Under the pieces are notes generated by a model that saw nothing but the letters and a program-made list of their open reading frames with translations, was not told the origin of the DNA and did no database searches. A stretch of 64,000 nt of DNA, taken from positions 10,168,001 to 10,232,000 of the forward strand of contig CM069174.1 in NCBI GenBank assembly GCA_035221665.1, given 5' to 3'. Position numbers and translations under genes: made by a program. Shown in pieces: positions 50,371 through 63,488 of the stretch (position 1 is the stretch's first letter; every line of letters starts with the position of its first letter). The DNA comes from Okamejei kenojei. Its lineage: Eukaryota.

Positions 50371-53300
50371 TAAATCGGTAGTACTGATTTGGCATTTTCC
50401 ATAATAGTTTATCAAAACGTAGACTGCTGTGATTTATTTTCCCACTTTGCCAACCGCCCTTCTGAAGAATTTTAAGTATAATGTTAAATATAATAATGGG
50501 ATTTTTCTTGCTTCCATAATTTTAGAATGAATTTAATGGTTAGTGTTTGTTTGATGTGTGAATATACTTTTTATTGTGTATTTTGTCTTCATGTAATACT
50601 CTCCCACTAACTCAACACAAGAGTGAGATTCCTGCTAATAGGAATAGAATTTGCCCTTAACTGTGTCCACTAGTTTATGGTGACTGAATAAGCGAACACC
50701 GATCATTCTTCCATGGGATTCTACATTTTCTGCTGAGATTTCCGGGTCATGATTCCAGGTTCCAACCCAAATGCAGCAAGGGCCACACTGACCGGGACCA
50801 AATACAAAACTGCCCCCCGGTCACTGTAGTACTTGGTAGTGAGCTTGCCTTGTGTTTCATTGGTGCAAACGCACCACCAAGCCTTTTTTTAAAGCCATTC
50901 AGTTTGTACTGCTAAGGATAGAAAATCACCATGGCGGCATTGGCAACTGGTGGCAATGGCGGCGCAGCAATAACTAGCCTAGAGCAGCGGCGGCAGAGCA
51001 CAAGTGGCAAGGGGCATGTCGCAATGGCAGCAGCAGCAGTGCATGAGCAGCAATAGTCACATTTGGCTTCTACTGTCGACATATTTTTGTTTTGGTTGCA
51101 AATAAGAAATTCCTGCAAGACTTAACCCATTGATGTCAGCTTGTACATTCTTTATTTGTGTCGTGTTGAAACCATGTCCATACTTCACAGCAAGAGTAGC
51201 GCTGACCTACCACTAAAACATTTTATCCATGCTGACCCATATTAGTGAGCTTTCGCCCCAGGTATTTTGAAAACCTTTTGTAGCTTTGCTAAAGAAACCA
51301 CCCAGGAGGAGATACTTCAGCCCATTGTACCTTTACTCGCACTTTAAGGGAAAACTCTTTCAAAGACCTGGCACAAGGGTCTCATCCATCATTGCATCAA
51401 TCGGTCCCATTCCACTGCTCTTTCCCTCCATTTCTTTCCACCTTCTCGTACTTATCCAATTTTAAATTGTTATTACTGAATCTGCTTCCACTGTGTTCGT
51501 CAGTCAATGTTTTCCAAGTAATAACTATCCCTGCCCACTCCAACTACCTATATTAAGCATGTAATATCGGTTTTTGTTATTCCTCCGAAAACAAATCACA
51601 TAACATTTCTTCATTGCATTCTTGTCTCTACTTGGCCATTTTACCAATCCATGCCCTCTGAAGAACACCCAATGATAGTATAGCCTGTGCGGTCTTTAAA
51701 ACCAGTACATCTGTGTCTCCTTGATCAGTGTAATAAATGAGGAACTATTTCGTGATGGGGCCCACCTCCTCTGATTTATACTGTAAATGGCTGTCTTCTG
51801 GAAACCCAGTTGCCACTTGTGACGGGACGGCAAGTCGGGTGTAATCCGTGTCCTCCTGTTGCTCAAGCAAGAACACTGACATAGCCTTGTGGGCAGGAAC
51901 GGGAAAGTTGCGAATGTCGCAAAATCTCCGTTCTGCATTTCATGGCTGGTTGCAAAACTGCAAAATGAGGAAGGAGAATAGCAGAATCTTTTTGGAACGT
52001 CTTGGACGGCCATGAATCTTGTAGAGCCACAAACCAAACGATCATCCTTCCATAACGAGCAGCTTGATCCGTCTGCATGGTGACTCTTGAATTCTGGCCA
52101 GAAACCCATCTTAGAGTCATACAGCTTGGAAACCAGCCCTCCGGCTAGGCCCATTTGCCCCATATCCCTCTAAACTTTTCCCATCAATGTCCGGATCTAC
52201 ATTGGTGCTATTTGATTTAATAAGTGGCCAAATGATATCCAGTATATCAGCAGGAATCTTGGAGTTCCGTGGAACAAAAGTGGAAATGAACTTACTCAGT
52301 CACCGTATGCCAATGGCTCTAATTGTAAATGGGTGGTCTTCTGTTCCCCTCTCCCATCGCTACCCACAAGATTCCAGAAGATAACGGAATTAGACTTCTT
52401 CAGTCATGTTCTTTAGGAGCCTTTCTATGATGGCCACTTGGGCAAAGTACTAGCACTTGCTGGGCTCTGCTTCAGAGGTGAAGGCAACTTTCTTGGGGTG
52501 GCGACAACCTTCGGGCCAGTTTTTGGCCCAGTGTCACCTGTGGTCTTCTAAGACATTCCAAATAGATTGTGTAGCACATGCCATCAGCGTTCCTCGTTTA
52601 ATGGTGGAACAGGTCGAGTCCGTGTATTGATACTGTGCCTATAGAGTCTTCTCATGAGGTTGAACATCTAACTCGGGGCATGCATTTATTTATTAAACAT
52701 GTTGTTGATCACTGGGAGCAAGATTTCAAATCTTCACTTGCTGCACTTCCCAATAAAGCTGAAAAATGAATTTGTTCCTTTCTGTAGGCCCTTGAAACAT
52801 TACACTAATTCCTTTGGTGGTCTGGTGGAGGTCTAGCTCATCTGAGTGACTTCCAAATAGTTGCGAGTGAACCCTATTCACTTCTGGATGGCAGATATTA
52901 TTTCCCATACGTTATAATTGAGCGTGGTCTTAAATATGATGAGGAGAGGTGGGGCTGGGGTAGGAAAGCTGACTCCCTAATCACTGCAGAAGGGTTTTGA
53001 CCCGAAACGTTGCCTATTTCCTTCGCTCCATAGGTGGTGCTGCACTCGCTGAGTTTCTCCAGCATTTTTGTGTACCTTCCCTAATCACACCCTAGCTTTC
53101 ATATGCTGATCCTTGATAAAAAAATGTAGTGCCTTTCCAAATCGTGAAGCTGTTTGTTTTGAGATTCCCTGAAGGCTTAATGCTGGGTAGCTGCCCAGTT
53201 TCCCAGCCCTTGGCCGATGCAATTCCACAACCCCTCCTCTGGCAAGGAAACAAATGGCTCGGATAGTATAGTTTCCTGCTGTTGTTTTCTCTCCACCTTA

Positions 53301-55311
53301 CACAAGCTCCCTTGTTCCTCTCAAGATGTCATCTTTCTCTCTCCATTTTTCTCCCTGCAGAGACTGTCTCTAGGAATTAACAGGTGCTGAGCTCTGTCTT
53401 ATCTGACAATCTGCCAGCATGCTTTGCCCCCTAGATGTTTTCATTTCTTCAGTATTTCTTCAGTATTTGCTTGCTTTAGAAATAAATTGCTCCAGAAAAC
53501 TCATGTTTTAATATAGCTTTGCTGATTATGTGAACAAGTTGCTGTAGTGCTGAAACCACTTTATAACGCCTACCCTTGCCTGAATAATTAGAAAACTCCG
53601 CAAACAAATACATTGTAGGTCAGGTCGTGTTGGAGTCACAGGAGGACAACTGGTTAATGTCTGCTCTGCCTTCAGTTTCCTGTAGAGGGATGTTAATGAA
53701 TTTATCTTTATTTTGGATGTTTCCAGACAGCTAGTCATGTAAACTGCCTTCCTTGCCTCACCTATGTGGATATAAGCTGTCAAGGAATTCTCACTACACC
53801 TTTTCCTATATAATTTGGACTTCAGGTTTTCTTATATAATTTTCAGCTTTTCCTATACCATTTGGACATTTGCAACCACCACTATCCCGCTCTTGCAACC
53901 TCTCCCCTACAGAAACTGATCATCTACTAATGGAGTCGATGAGTTAGACAAAATCCTGTTCTGCTTTTTACCTGAAGGTGTTGATATGACCGAAACGGTG
54001 CCAGTGTTGTATTGTGTTCATACTTCATTCACAAGGCTGTGCAGACACTGTATGTATTTTTTTTTAGATTGCCTTCATGCTAAGCTTCCAGTCGTAAACA
54101 TAAATGTTAGAATGCAGGAAGCTTCCCCCTCATAAGAGCAGGGATGGTTAGAGTGGCAGAGGTGCGGGCAATAGATCAGCAAGGAAGTCTTACTGGGAAT
54201 CTGTTGTAACTAACGCATTGACTGACTGCGTATGACATCATATGCTCAACAGAAGTTTTCTTTTTAAGTTTTTATGTTTAAATTGACTTCAGGTTTTCCA
54301 ATTTTGAAATTTTACTTGATCAAATTTAAACACTAAAGCGTTTAGGTGTCACCCTGGGAAAACCCTGGGTTGAAATTGGAAGGGCAGTTGTCCAGGGCAG
54401 ATTTCAAGGGTATGATCAAGTTATTTGGGCAACTTTTTCACTTGGAGGGTGGTGGGTATGTGGAACAAGCTGCCAGAGGAGAAAGGTTGAAGCAGGTGCT
54501 ATAACAGCATTAATATTAAAAAATAAAAAAAAAACACACCTGGACTAGTAAATGGATGGAAAAGATTTGGAGGGATAGGGGCCAAAAGGAACAAGATGAG
54601 AAGGGGCATCTTGGTCAGCATGGATGAGTTGGGCCAAAGAGCCAGTGTCTGGAGGCCGTATACCTCTAATGAGGTTTGGTTGGTTCTGCTGGGTTACATT
54701 GTGCATTGAGTGGAATCAATGTAACAATGAACATTGCAGATTACAGGTACAGAGAAATGTAGGAACCCTGACAAAGAACTAATTGTGGCATTTAGTGCTG
54801 GTGAGTGGCTCCTTTATTATTTCCTTGGCCAGTGCCATCATCAGTTTGTTGTGTGACTCCAGTTGAAAGATATCTATAATTGCTAACTTCTTGTGAAAGC
54901 CCTGGGGGTTTATGTTGAAAATTCTGCATCCGGACTCTTGCACTGTAGAAGAATAAACACTACTTTTTTGTTCATGGTTTCTTGGTGTTTGAAAAGTAGC
55001 TGGAGAAACCGTGGAAGCTTGGGGGCAATTACCCTGTGCCCACTGAATCATGGAGCGCAGTAGTTCCACTTGAGAGGCTGGGGACTGGCTGTGCCTGGGA
55101 TGGTTGTTAACAGCCTTTTTAGGGACAGCAATAGATTGCTCAGGCTGTGGCAGGGCAGGGAAGGATAGACTTAAAAAAAAACAAAAAAACTCCCGATTGT
55201 TTTTCATTGGAATCCAGGTTGGTGGACTGAGCTTCTTGGATATGCGGATCACGCTTTCCTTTTTCCTCCATGCCATCCCATTTTCTGATTTCAAGTGTTT
55301 TGTATTTGCAG

Positions 55312-55369
55312 GTGGAGACTTGCATTTTATTTCTATATATTCTTCTATGGAGTGAGATTTCTATGGAAG
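55312..55369 (+). CDS. CERS5: Ceramide synthase coding exon 4 (WRLAFYFYIFFYGVRFLWK), start of the TLC domain
   Basis: tttgcAG acceptor and GTAAGT donor at 55370. 58 bp, completes the split Met codon AT|G from exon 3. Confidence 0.9.
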
Positions 55370-57795
55370 GTAAGTGTTTGTCTGTACGTGAGTGTATGTG
55401 CAAAACCTCCGTCAAAAAGTAGTGTGGTTACTAATTCTTCCTTTGGGTGAGATGGTTGAAGGTCTACCGAAAGACTGATGTAGAATTATCAGATGTGCAG
55501 AGTAGACAGCACTCTGAAATAAGTGCCATTAACGGAACTCTATTACTTCATTGTAAACCCAATTGAGGTGAAGATATACTTCACTTTGCATTGTTCTGCG
55601 TTTACAGTGCAGAAATAAGGTTGGGGGTTGGGAGGGTGGTTGGGTTTCCTGTGCATTCAAGTTTTGTTTTAATGAAAAATCAGTTGCATTTATCTACCAA
55701 CTTTCATTGCCTCGGGATGCCCCAAAATGCTTTACAAGTGCTGAGCAGGTAGTCTCAACACCCAGTTTAAGCGCAGCAAGCTCCTACAAACAGCGCAGCA
55801 AATGTATGGCAAATATTATAAACAGGTGGAGAATATAATCAGGAGAACTTGTACATCTATCAACTGGTGCCACAATATTTTACTTTAACCTAGCAGAGTG
55901 TACGCGTCCCTGGCTTGACATCTGCAGTGTTTACCTAGGTTTCTTCTACTCTTGTCCCTGGAGTGGTGCCTAAATTTATGCCCTGTGTGATCTGAGTAGA
56001 GGGCACCACCATGGGATTGACTTGCCTTGTTTGATAAGTGTCCTCTGAATGGCCGCATAGAGTAAATGAGGTGTATAGAGTGATGCTATTGTGCTGCAAT
56101 TACAAGGATCTATTCCTGCTGGCCTCTTTAAACATTTGTGGTGACTCACGGCTCGCCTCATTCTTCCCAAAGTATTTACTTTATGCAACCAGTGAGGTGT
56201 GCCTTTACAGCAAGATATTTATTAGCGGTGATTTTATTGTGTAGCTGCAATTACTTTACGCTTGCATAGTCCCACGAGCACAATGATCAGTGGTCGGCTG
56301 TGGCGTCTTTCCAAAGAATCGTGGGTGACTTATTTACCTTTACAGAAGATAATGGCCTCAATTGTACCCTGTTTGCCTCTCGGCTCATCTTGTTGTACTT
56401 ATTCCCCTTTTCTCTGTTACAGGTGCTATTCTGTTAGTTTTGGGTTGAATTCAAAAAGACTCCCAATACTATGAATAGACTCAGAATTTTTTTGATGTTA
56501 AAGTACACCAAGGATTTATTACAGAACCTGCTCCACTCCATCAGTTAAAGAACCAAAACTTTAAAGTGCCTTGGTTCTCCCTCATCACATAATTATAGGT
56601 TTAAGGTGAAGGGGAAAAGATTTCATAGGGATCTGAGGGGTAACTTTTTCACACAAACGGGGGTGGGTGTATGGAACGAGCTGCCAGAGGAGGTAGTTGA
56701 GGCTGGGTTTAAGAAGCAATTACATGGGCACATGGATAGGACGGGTTTGGAGGGATATGGACCAAACGCTGGTTGGACTAGTGCAACTGAGATAGGTTGG
56801 CCGGTGTGGACAAGTTGGGCCGAAAGGCCTGTTTCCACACTGCATGGCTCCATCCTAATCGGAGTCTGAAGAAGGGCCACAACCCGAAACATCACCTATC
56901 CATGTTCTCCAGGGATGCTGCCTGACCCACTGAGTTACGCCGGCACTTTGTGCTTTTTTGTAAACCAGCATCTGCAGTTTCTTTGTGTCCTCAATCCACT
57001 GTGCTGCATTTAAGCCCACTTGATGTACTCCACCACTCTTTGGTGGTGGTGCTGCTTCATTCATCTCCCCATCCCACGCTCCAGGATGCAGGGCTTGAAT
57101 TTTCGGTTTCTCCTGAGCAATTGAACTTCTGTGAATACAGTTAATTACTGAAAACGTTACTTTCACGGGCAGCTGTTTCAAATGGGCTTCCTGCTGAGTC
57201 ATGTGCATCTTCCTCTATGCCAACTGACTGGCACATGGGAGGTCGAATGAAAAATTCTTCCTGTTCCTCCACCCAAAAACCATTAACCAAAATTCTCTCT
57301 CAGAATATGAGTCCCAGTGCTATCTGGCTGCTCTTATTTTGCATAAATCAAGGGACTCCATACCAAACGTGAAACTGTTGGTGCTGTTATATTCAGGGGT
57401 TTTGGCTGGTGGAAGGAACCAGTACATCATTCCAGAGGTTGCTCTCAAAGTAATCTCGCAGCTTTGCATTGTTTGTGACAGTGGGGCAGCATCTTCATCA
57501 ATGATAGTGAAAGGTGGTCCTGTTAAAGTTCCTGTTCAAGATGCACTGCTCCACTGTCTGCTGTCATCTTACTCCCGGGCTTGGTATTAAATTGCACTAA
57601 GGGGTGTGAAGTTCCTGCACTCTCAGCAGAGGTACTAACCAAGCACAACACAGAGATCAGATCAGTTCAAGGCTAAGTATAATTTTATGATACGATAGAA
57701 CTTTATTTATCCCAGGAGGGAAATTGATCTACCAACAGTCAAAACAGAAAATACAGGAAACAAAATTAAAGTGACGAGTGGAAAGGATTGGGGAT

Positions 57796-57870
57796 GGGGG
57801 GGGGGGGGGGGGGTGGGGGGGGGGGGGGGGAAGAGAGAAGAGAGAGGGGGGAGAGAGAGAGAGAGAGAGG
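57796..57870. repeat. Poly-G/(GA)n tract
   Basis: Direct reading of the sequence. Confidence 0.9.
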
Positions 57871-57974
57871 TCAGTCCAACCCACGACAGAAGGGGAGGAA
57901 TGGTACAGTTTGATAACCAGAGGCTGATAAGTGCTAATTACTTTTAACTTTAGCTAAAGTTAATTACTTTAGCA

Positions 57975-58330
57975 CTTTAACTCCCCCTCCCATTCCTAAT
58001 CTGACCTTTCTGTCCTGGGCCTCCCCATTGTCAGAGTGAGGCCCAGCGCAAATTGGAGGAGCAGCATCTCGTATTTTGCTTGGGTAGCTTACACCCCAGC
58101 GGAATGAACATTGACGTCTCCAACTTCAAATAGCCCTTGCTTTCCCTCTCTCTCCATCTCCTCCCCCTTCCCAGTTCTCCCACCAGTCTTACTGTCTCCA
58201 ATTAAATTCTATCTGTCCCGCCCACTCCCCTGACATCAGTCTGAAGAAGGGTCTCAATTCGAAACATCACCCATTCCTTCTCTCCAGAGATGCTGCCTGT
58301 CCCACTGAGTTACTCCAGCATTTTGTGTCT
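57975..58330 (+). mobile_element. Penelope-like element 3' fragment
   Basis: Close match to 9818-10160. Confidence 0.8.
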
Positions 58331-58343
58331 AAGTGCTGATTAT

Positions 58344-58827
58344 TGTTGATCTAAAACTTTATCTACCAACCAGTGCAGAAACTCAAAGCTCCAAGGTTTA
58401 AATTCTGGGAATGTTTAGGAGTTGTTACAACTATACTCCTTGTCTTTCTCCTTACTATTGTTAGAAATATTTTTCCCAACAAACGACAGTCACAGAAATT
58501 TACATCCAACTGAATGTTTAATACATGAGAAAGGATCGCACATGAGTACAGGCGTCTGAGTGAGTCTCTCTGTCGAAGCATTGCCCAAACTCATTCTTTT
58601 ATACAATGGAGTAAACAAGGATGTATCGACCACAACTTAATCTCATCACGCAGGTATCAGACACAACTTAATCTCATCACACAGGACCACAACTTAATCT
58701 CGTCACACAGAGTACAAAGTACAAAACCATAGACAGCACATAATGTCATCCTGAGATAGACTTGCCCATACATGATTCTTAAAGGTACAGTCCCCGATAA
58801 TAACTATAGGAATGAATTTTTATATCA
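58344..58827 (-). repeat. ERV 3' LTR (about 484 bp)
   Basis: Polypurine tract AGGGGGAAAA (58828-58837) directly precedes TGATAT. TATAAAA at 58597-58603, ATTAAA at 58517-58522, candidate ...ATCAACA end. The distal end cannot be confirmed without the 5' LTR. Confidence 0.7.
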
Positions 58828-58950
58828 TTTTCCCCCTGTTTATACAATTATCCAACAATTTAGTAACAAGTTCCAAAAAATTCCCCCGTCCCGAACGCCT
58901 CCCCGGTTCCGTCACAACATTGCACTTTCTTTTGACTTTATCCAATCTGT

Positions 58951-60800
58951 TCAGGCCATGAAGGTATCCCTTAGGTCAATGTCCACTTCTTCTTCCTCAA
59001 TCCCCTTCTGAGGAACCAACCCGTACATCATCTGCATTTTCTTTGTAAGGGCTGTTTCTATTAGTCTCTGAGACAACCCTCGAACACAGGGGATTATACA
59101 GCATCCCAATCCGGCTAACATTCCTGTAATCACTATGAAGGATGTTAGTGCAGAAGTGACAATATTTTTCCATTTCCCAAACCAGTTTTCAAGGAACCCT
59201 GTCCATGAAGTATCTACCCCGGAGTTCTCGGCCAGCTCCTCCGCCAGTGATGATAACCCCGCCAAGGCCCTGGAGACTGAGCCGTCCGGGGCAGTATTAT
59301 TCGGGATGAAGGTGCAGCATGATGAGCCAAACATGACGCACATGCCTCCTCTGTCCGCTAATAACATGTCTAAGGCCATCCGATTTTGCCAGGCCATTAA
59401 GCTAGTTCAATCCATTTGTTCAGCCAAGCCTTTTATGGCGTCTCTTGTATAGTTAATGAACCGCTGCTGGTTGTAATACAGATAGTTGATCCCGTCTACA
59501 TTCTTATTAATGGTTGACCACCAGAAAAAGACTGACTCGAATCCGGCGGCTATCTGATTTCGCGCCTTAAACTCATCTGGGACCCCCCCTAGGGACCCCG
59601 ATTTCATCAATGTAGATGTGTGCGTCGAATGATCCCTTAATTAATTCCCGCTTTATTCTTTTTCCTGATTCCATCCTTCCCAGGTCCTCTCTTCCTTTGT
59701 CCCTTCTTAGGGTTACTAGGGTGAAGGGCATTATCAGCTGGGTCATTGTGCACGTCCCCTTCCAATTCTGGGGTAGCTTTGTTCTTAATATTCTACCTCC
59801 ACAGTACCACCATACATCTGCCCTCCCAACTTTCTGTTGTGTCAGAAGGTTGACGTCTAATCCCAGCAGGGGGCTTGGGCCCGTAGTTGGTTTGACTCCG
59901 GAAACCTTTACCGTAGCTATACAGTTCCCGATGTTGCCCTTTCCTTCCTCACTCCACCTAGAGAAGCAATTAAATCCTCCTCCTGTCGGAATGGTGAATG
60001 GTGGTGGGACCATGTCTTTCAGCACTGCCGGGAACAGGTAATGTAGGTCTGAGCAGTTTTTATTTTTTGGTGCTTCCTTCCCCGTGAACAGGGATAGCAT
60101 GCATGTGAGCCCTCCTGGCGAGTTACTAAAATTCAGGGGAAATGGGGTGGGGATGAGTTGTGGTTTGGCCGATGCACAGGCATAGCAATCACTTCGTCCC
60201 AATGTTTTTGCCTTGTACAGGTATTTTCGTCCGCGTATCCCATTTCTACCTCCAAGGACTTTCTTAGGTCTTTTATTGGAATTATTTTTATAATCCTCTC
60301 TTCAGGTCCTATTGGATTTGGGGTGGGCATGACTCCTCCCTTACTCCCTTTCTCGACCTCTACTCTGAATTTGCAACATGGGTCCTGCATCCTTACATCT
60401 ACACAAAGAAAGTAGTTGGTTGGGCTTCTTTATTGTCACGATGGTTTTCCAGTCGTTTCGATGGAGGGGTGAGGAGGCCACCACCAGGGACCATCTGCTG
60501 TGTAAGTCTGTTCCGTCTGACATTCCCCACCCTTGGTAGCCCCTACTGAGAGAGTGCTGGAAAACCTGACCCCATGTGCTGCACGGGGCTCTGCACACGT
60601 ATGTTCCATCAGTGCCATAGGCTCTTTCGGCACACCACATCCCAGGATACTCTTTACATGGGTGAATGTGGAAGGTGCCTGTTTTATCTTCCTTAAGTTT
60701 TATAACATCCCATCCGTTTGCAACCATACAAAGACTAGTCATCCAAATCCATTTTATGATTTTTTTTTTTTCTTTTTTTTGTTTTGTTTTTTGGTTATGA
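58951..60800 (-). pseudogene. ERV env (SU-TM), split by frameshifts
   Basis: CYAC (CxxC), KRIKR furin-like site, IGVPRG/VPDEFKARNQIAAGFES, immunosuppressive domain WQNRMALDMLL, CX6CC (CVMFGSSCC) and a TM helix. Confidence 0.93.
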
Positions 60801-60847
60801 CAAGTTACTCGGGGTTTTAGTCGTTACTGGGCCCTGGTAGGCCGTCA

Positions 60848-62600
60848 CTAGTTCCCTTGTTCCTTTTCGTTCTCAGAGTTTACCTTCATTCGTTTACAAT
60901 GTGTTATGTGTACCCACGTTGGTCTCTCCGCGATCCTTACGGCCGTTGGTGTGGTGAGCAGAACTTGGTAAGGTCCGTCCCACTGAGGGCTCGACCACCT
61001 TTTTCTTTTAATGACGATAAACACCCAGTCGCCTGGTTTCACAATCTCCTCGAACCTTTGGTTTTCCTGTCCCAGGCTGGTCAGGTTCCTTAAGACATGA
61101 GATTTGGTTATTAATAACTTTCGCATATAGTCAGCCAGTGTCTCCTCTTCCTGTACTGTTTCGGTTAGTTTCTGGAAGATGGGATATTGGAAGAGTTTCC
61201 CATATAATATTTCATATGGGGAGATTCCCCTTGCGCTCGGTATCATTCTTATATTTAATAATACGAGTGGTAGGCAGTCTATCCAGGAGAATCCTGTTTC
61301 TGCCATGGCCTTTCGCAATTGGCTTTTGATAGTCCCGTTTGTTCTTTCCACCAACCCCGCTGATTGGGGATGGTACGAACAGTGGTGTTTTACCTGTATC
61401 TTTAGGGCACTACTTAGTTTGGCTATTTCTTTGCATAGCTTGTGAAGCCGTAGTTTTTTAATATTTTGTCCACTATCTGTGTCATTCCTCCTGTTGAGAC
61501 ATGGGTTACCCCATGGCTCATTAAACATGCATATTTAAATAGTGATCTTGGTAAGATTAGTTTTCCCTCATCATTCCTCCATAGTCCGTCTTCCCCTCTT
61601 TGTCCTTTTTCCCATTTGCCTTTTTCGGTAGGGGGAGCAACTTTTTGCATACATCGTAGCACTTCATTCTTGTAATTCTAGCCCAAAGGCCTCCTTTGCC
61701 TCCAGTTCTCGCCCTCCTGCTTCTTTCGCCGCCTGGTCTGCCCGGTGGTTTCCCTTGGTTACTTGGTCGGTCCTTTTAGTATGGGCAGCGCATTTGCAGA
61801 TTGCTACCGCTGCGGGTAGCAACACTGCCTCCAACAGTTCCAGGAACGAGTCTTTATGTAAAATGGGCTTTCCTGCAGAGGTGACCATGCCACGGTTACG
61901 CCATTGTGCTGCGAAAACGTGGACAGTGGAGAAGGCATATGCACTATCAGTGTAAATGTTTACACGCTTCCCCTTCGCCACTTTACACGCTTCAATGAGG
62001 GCCACTAACTCAGCGGCTTGCGCTGAGAAATGCTTAGGTAGTGCTACGGCCTTGATGATCCTTGTGTCACCAACGACTGCATATCCCGCCATATTTTCTC
62101 CAATCTCATTCTTTTTGCATGACCCATCAATATAAAGAGTTAGGTCTTGATTCTTCAGCGCCATGTCTTTCAGGTCAGGACGTGGCATGACCAGTTTGTC
62201 CGTTTCTTCCAAACAGCTGTGTGGTTCTCCGTCCGCTTCGGTTGGCAGTAGGGTGGCCGGATTCAGCATAGTACATCGCTCGATTGTCAGGTTAGGTTGT
62301 GAAAGCAGTACCGCCATGCAGGAAAGGTGTCTTGCCGGTGAAAGATATGAGATCTTTTGTTGTAACAGCAGTACGGCGACCGCATGTGGGACCCGCTGTG
62401 TTAAGGTCCAGTACAACACTATGGTGGCGGAAGCTTGTACCGCAAGGGACGCAGCAATAACTGCTTGCAGGCAAGTCGGCAGTGCTCGCGCCACCTGATC
62501 CAGTTTCTTAGAATAGTATGCCACGGGCTTCATCTTTCCCCCGTGTTCTTGTAGCAAGACCGATGTCGTATATCCGTTCTTCATTATCATTAGGTTCCCA
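60848..62600 (-). pseudogene. ERV pol remnant: RT connection, RNase H and partial integrase
   Basis: [48 protein letters not shown]. Integrase motifs SHGVTH, YHPQSAGLVERTNGTIK and WDGPYQVLLTTPTAV. Confidence 0.93.
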
Positions 62601-62609
62601 TTCGAAATG

Positions 62610-63488
62610 CAATCCTGCCGCGTTATGGGGGTTCCAATCCCCTTCAATCAAACACCAATCAAAACCGAACATACTTCGCAAGGCTTGTTCATATTCAACA
62701 CTGTTTAACCGATAACTCACGACCAGGTTTCCAAAATCCCGTTGCCACCTTGTGAAACTCTTTTGGGGTGTGTTATCCCTTCTACTGCCTTCTTAACATC
62801 CTTGAGTGTCCACGCCTGATATACATATACCGGCTGGGCTGCTCCATTCTGGATTAGGCATGGCTATCATTGGCAAGATATTCCGCTCCCCTTCGCCCAC
62901 TTGGTTAAAGGTCGGGCGAGGCGGGCTCATTAGGGCCCCCATTCCTCGGTTTATTTGTTCCATAAATGGTTTAAAATGAGTTCCTGACCTGGTGATGCTT
63001 GGATTTTGTAAACCTGGTATGGGTCCGTGATCTCGGGCCGTCGCGGTCCCAGCTTCGCTCCTTTCTCCCGGTGGCAAGGCCACTACACCTTCCTGAAAAT
63101 AGGGAGGGGGGTGGGCACTCGCCGTCCTGGGGTTCGCCGGCAAAGGCGTCAACGTATTTTTAGGCGGCGATCGATAGAAGACCTTGGTGTCTCCTTTCCA
63201 TAGGTACGCCGTCGTCTGTTCTTCTTTTTGCTTTTTCTCCTCCTGCCCGTCCTTCCGTGCTTTGGCTACGCCGAGCCAAATTTGTGCCTGTTGGTAGCCT
63301 AACTTATTTTTGTTTATACGTTTCTTAACGGCATCATTTAATATTGCGGACATTAGTTTAGAACAATCGTCTACCAATAATTTACCACTAAACCCATAGT
63401 CCCTTTTCCACCTCATTAGGTGTTTACAATTTTGTTTGCTATCTATAAACATGCATTTTTCATAATTTTTTGAGTTTGTCGAACCCAT
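62610..63488 (-). pseudogene. ERV gag (matrix to start of capsid), frameshifted and truncated
   Basis: MGSTNS myristoylation signal and PPPY late domain. PMIAMPNP is followed by frameshifted VYQAWTLKDVKKAVEGI, then an abrupt jump into pol. Confidence 0.85.

Noticed and set aside
51696-52163. 155-aa antisense ORF in CERS intron 3
   Set aside because: It begins in a LINE tail fragment and has no recognisable domain in the frames I checked.
58628-58712. CRISPR-like short spaced repeats
   Set aside because: Vertebrate context, spacers too short and related, and located inside an LTR.
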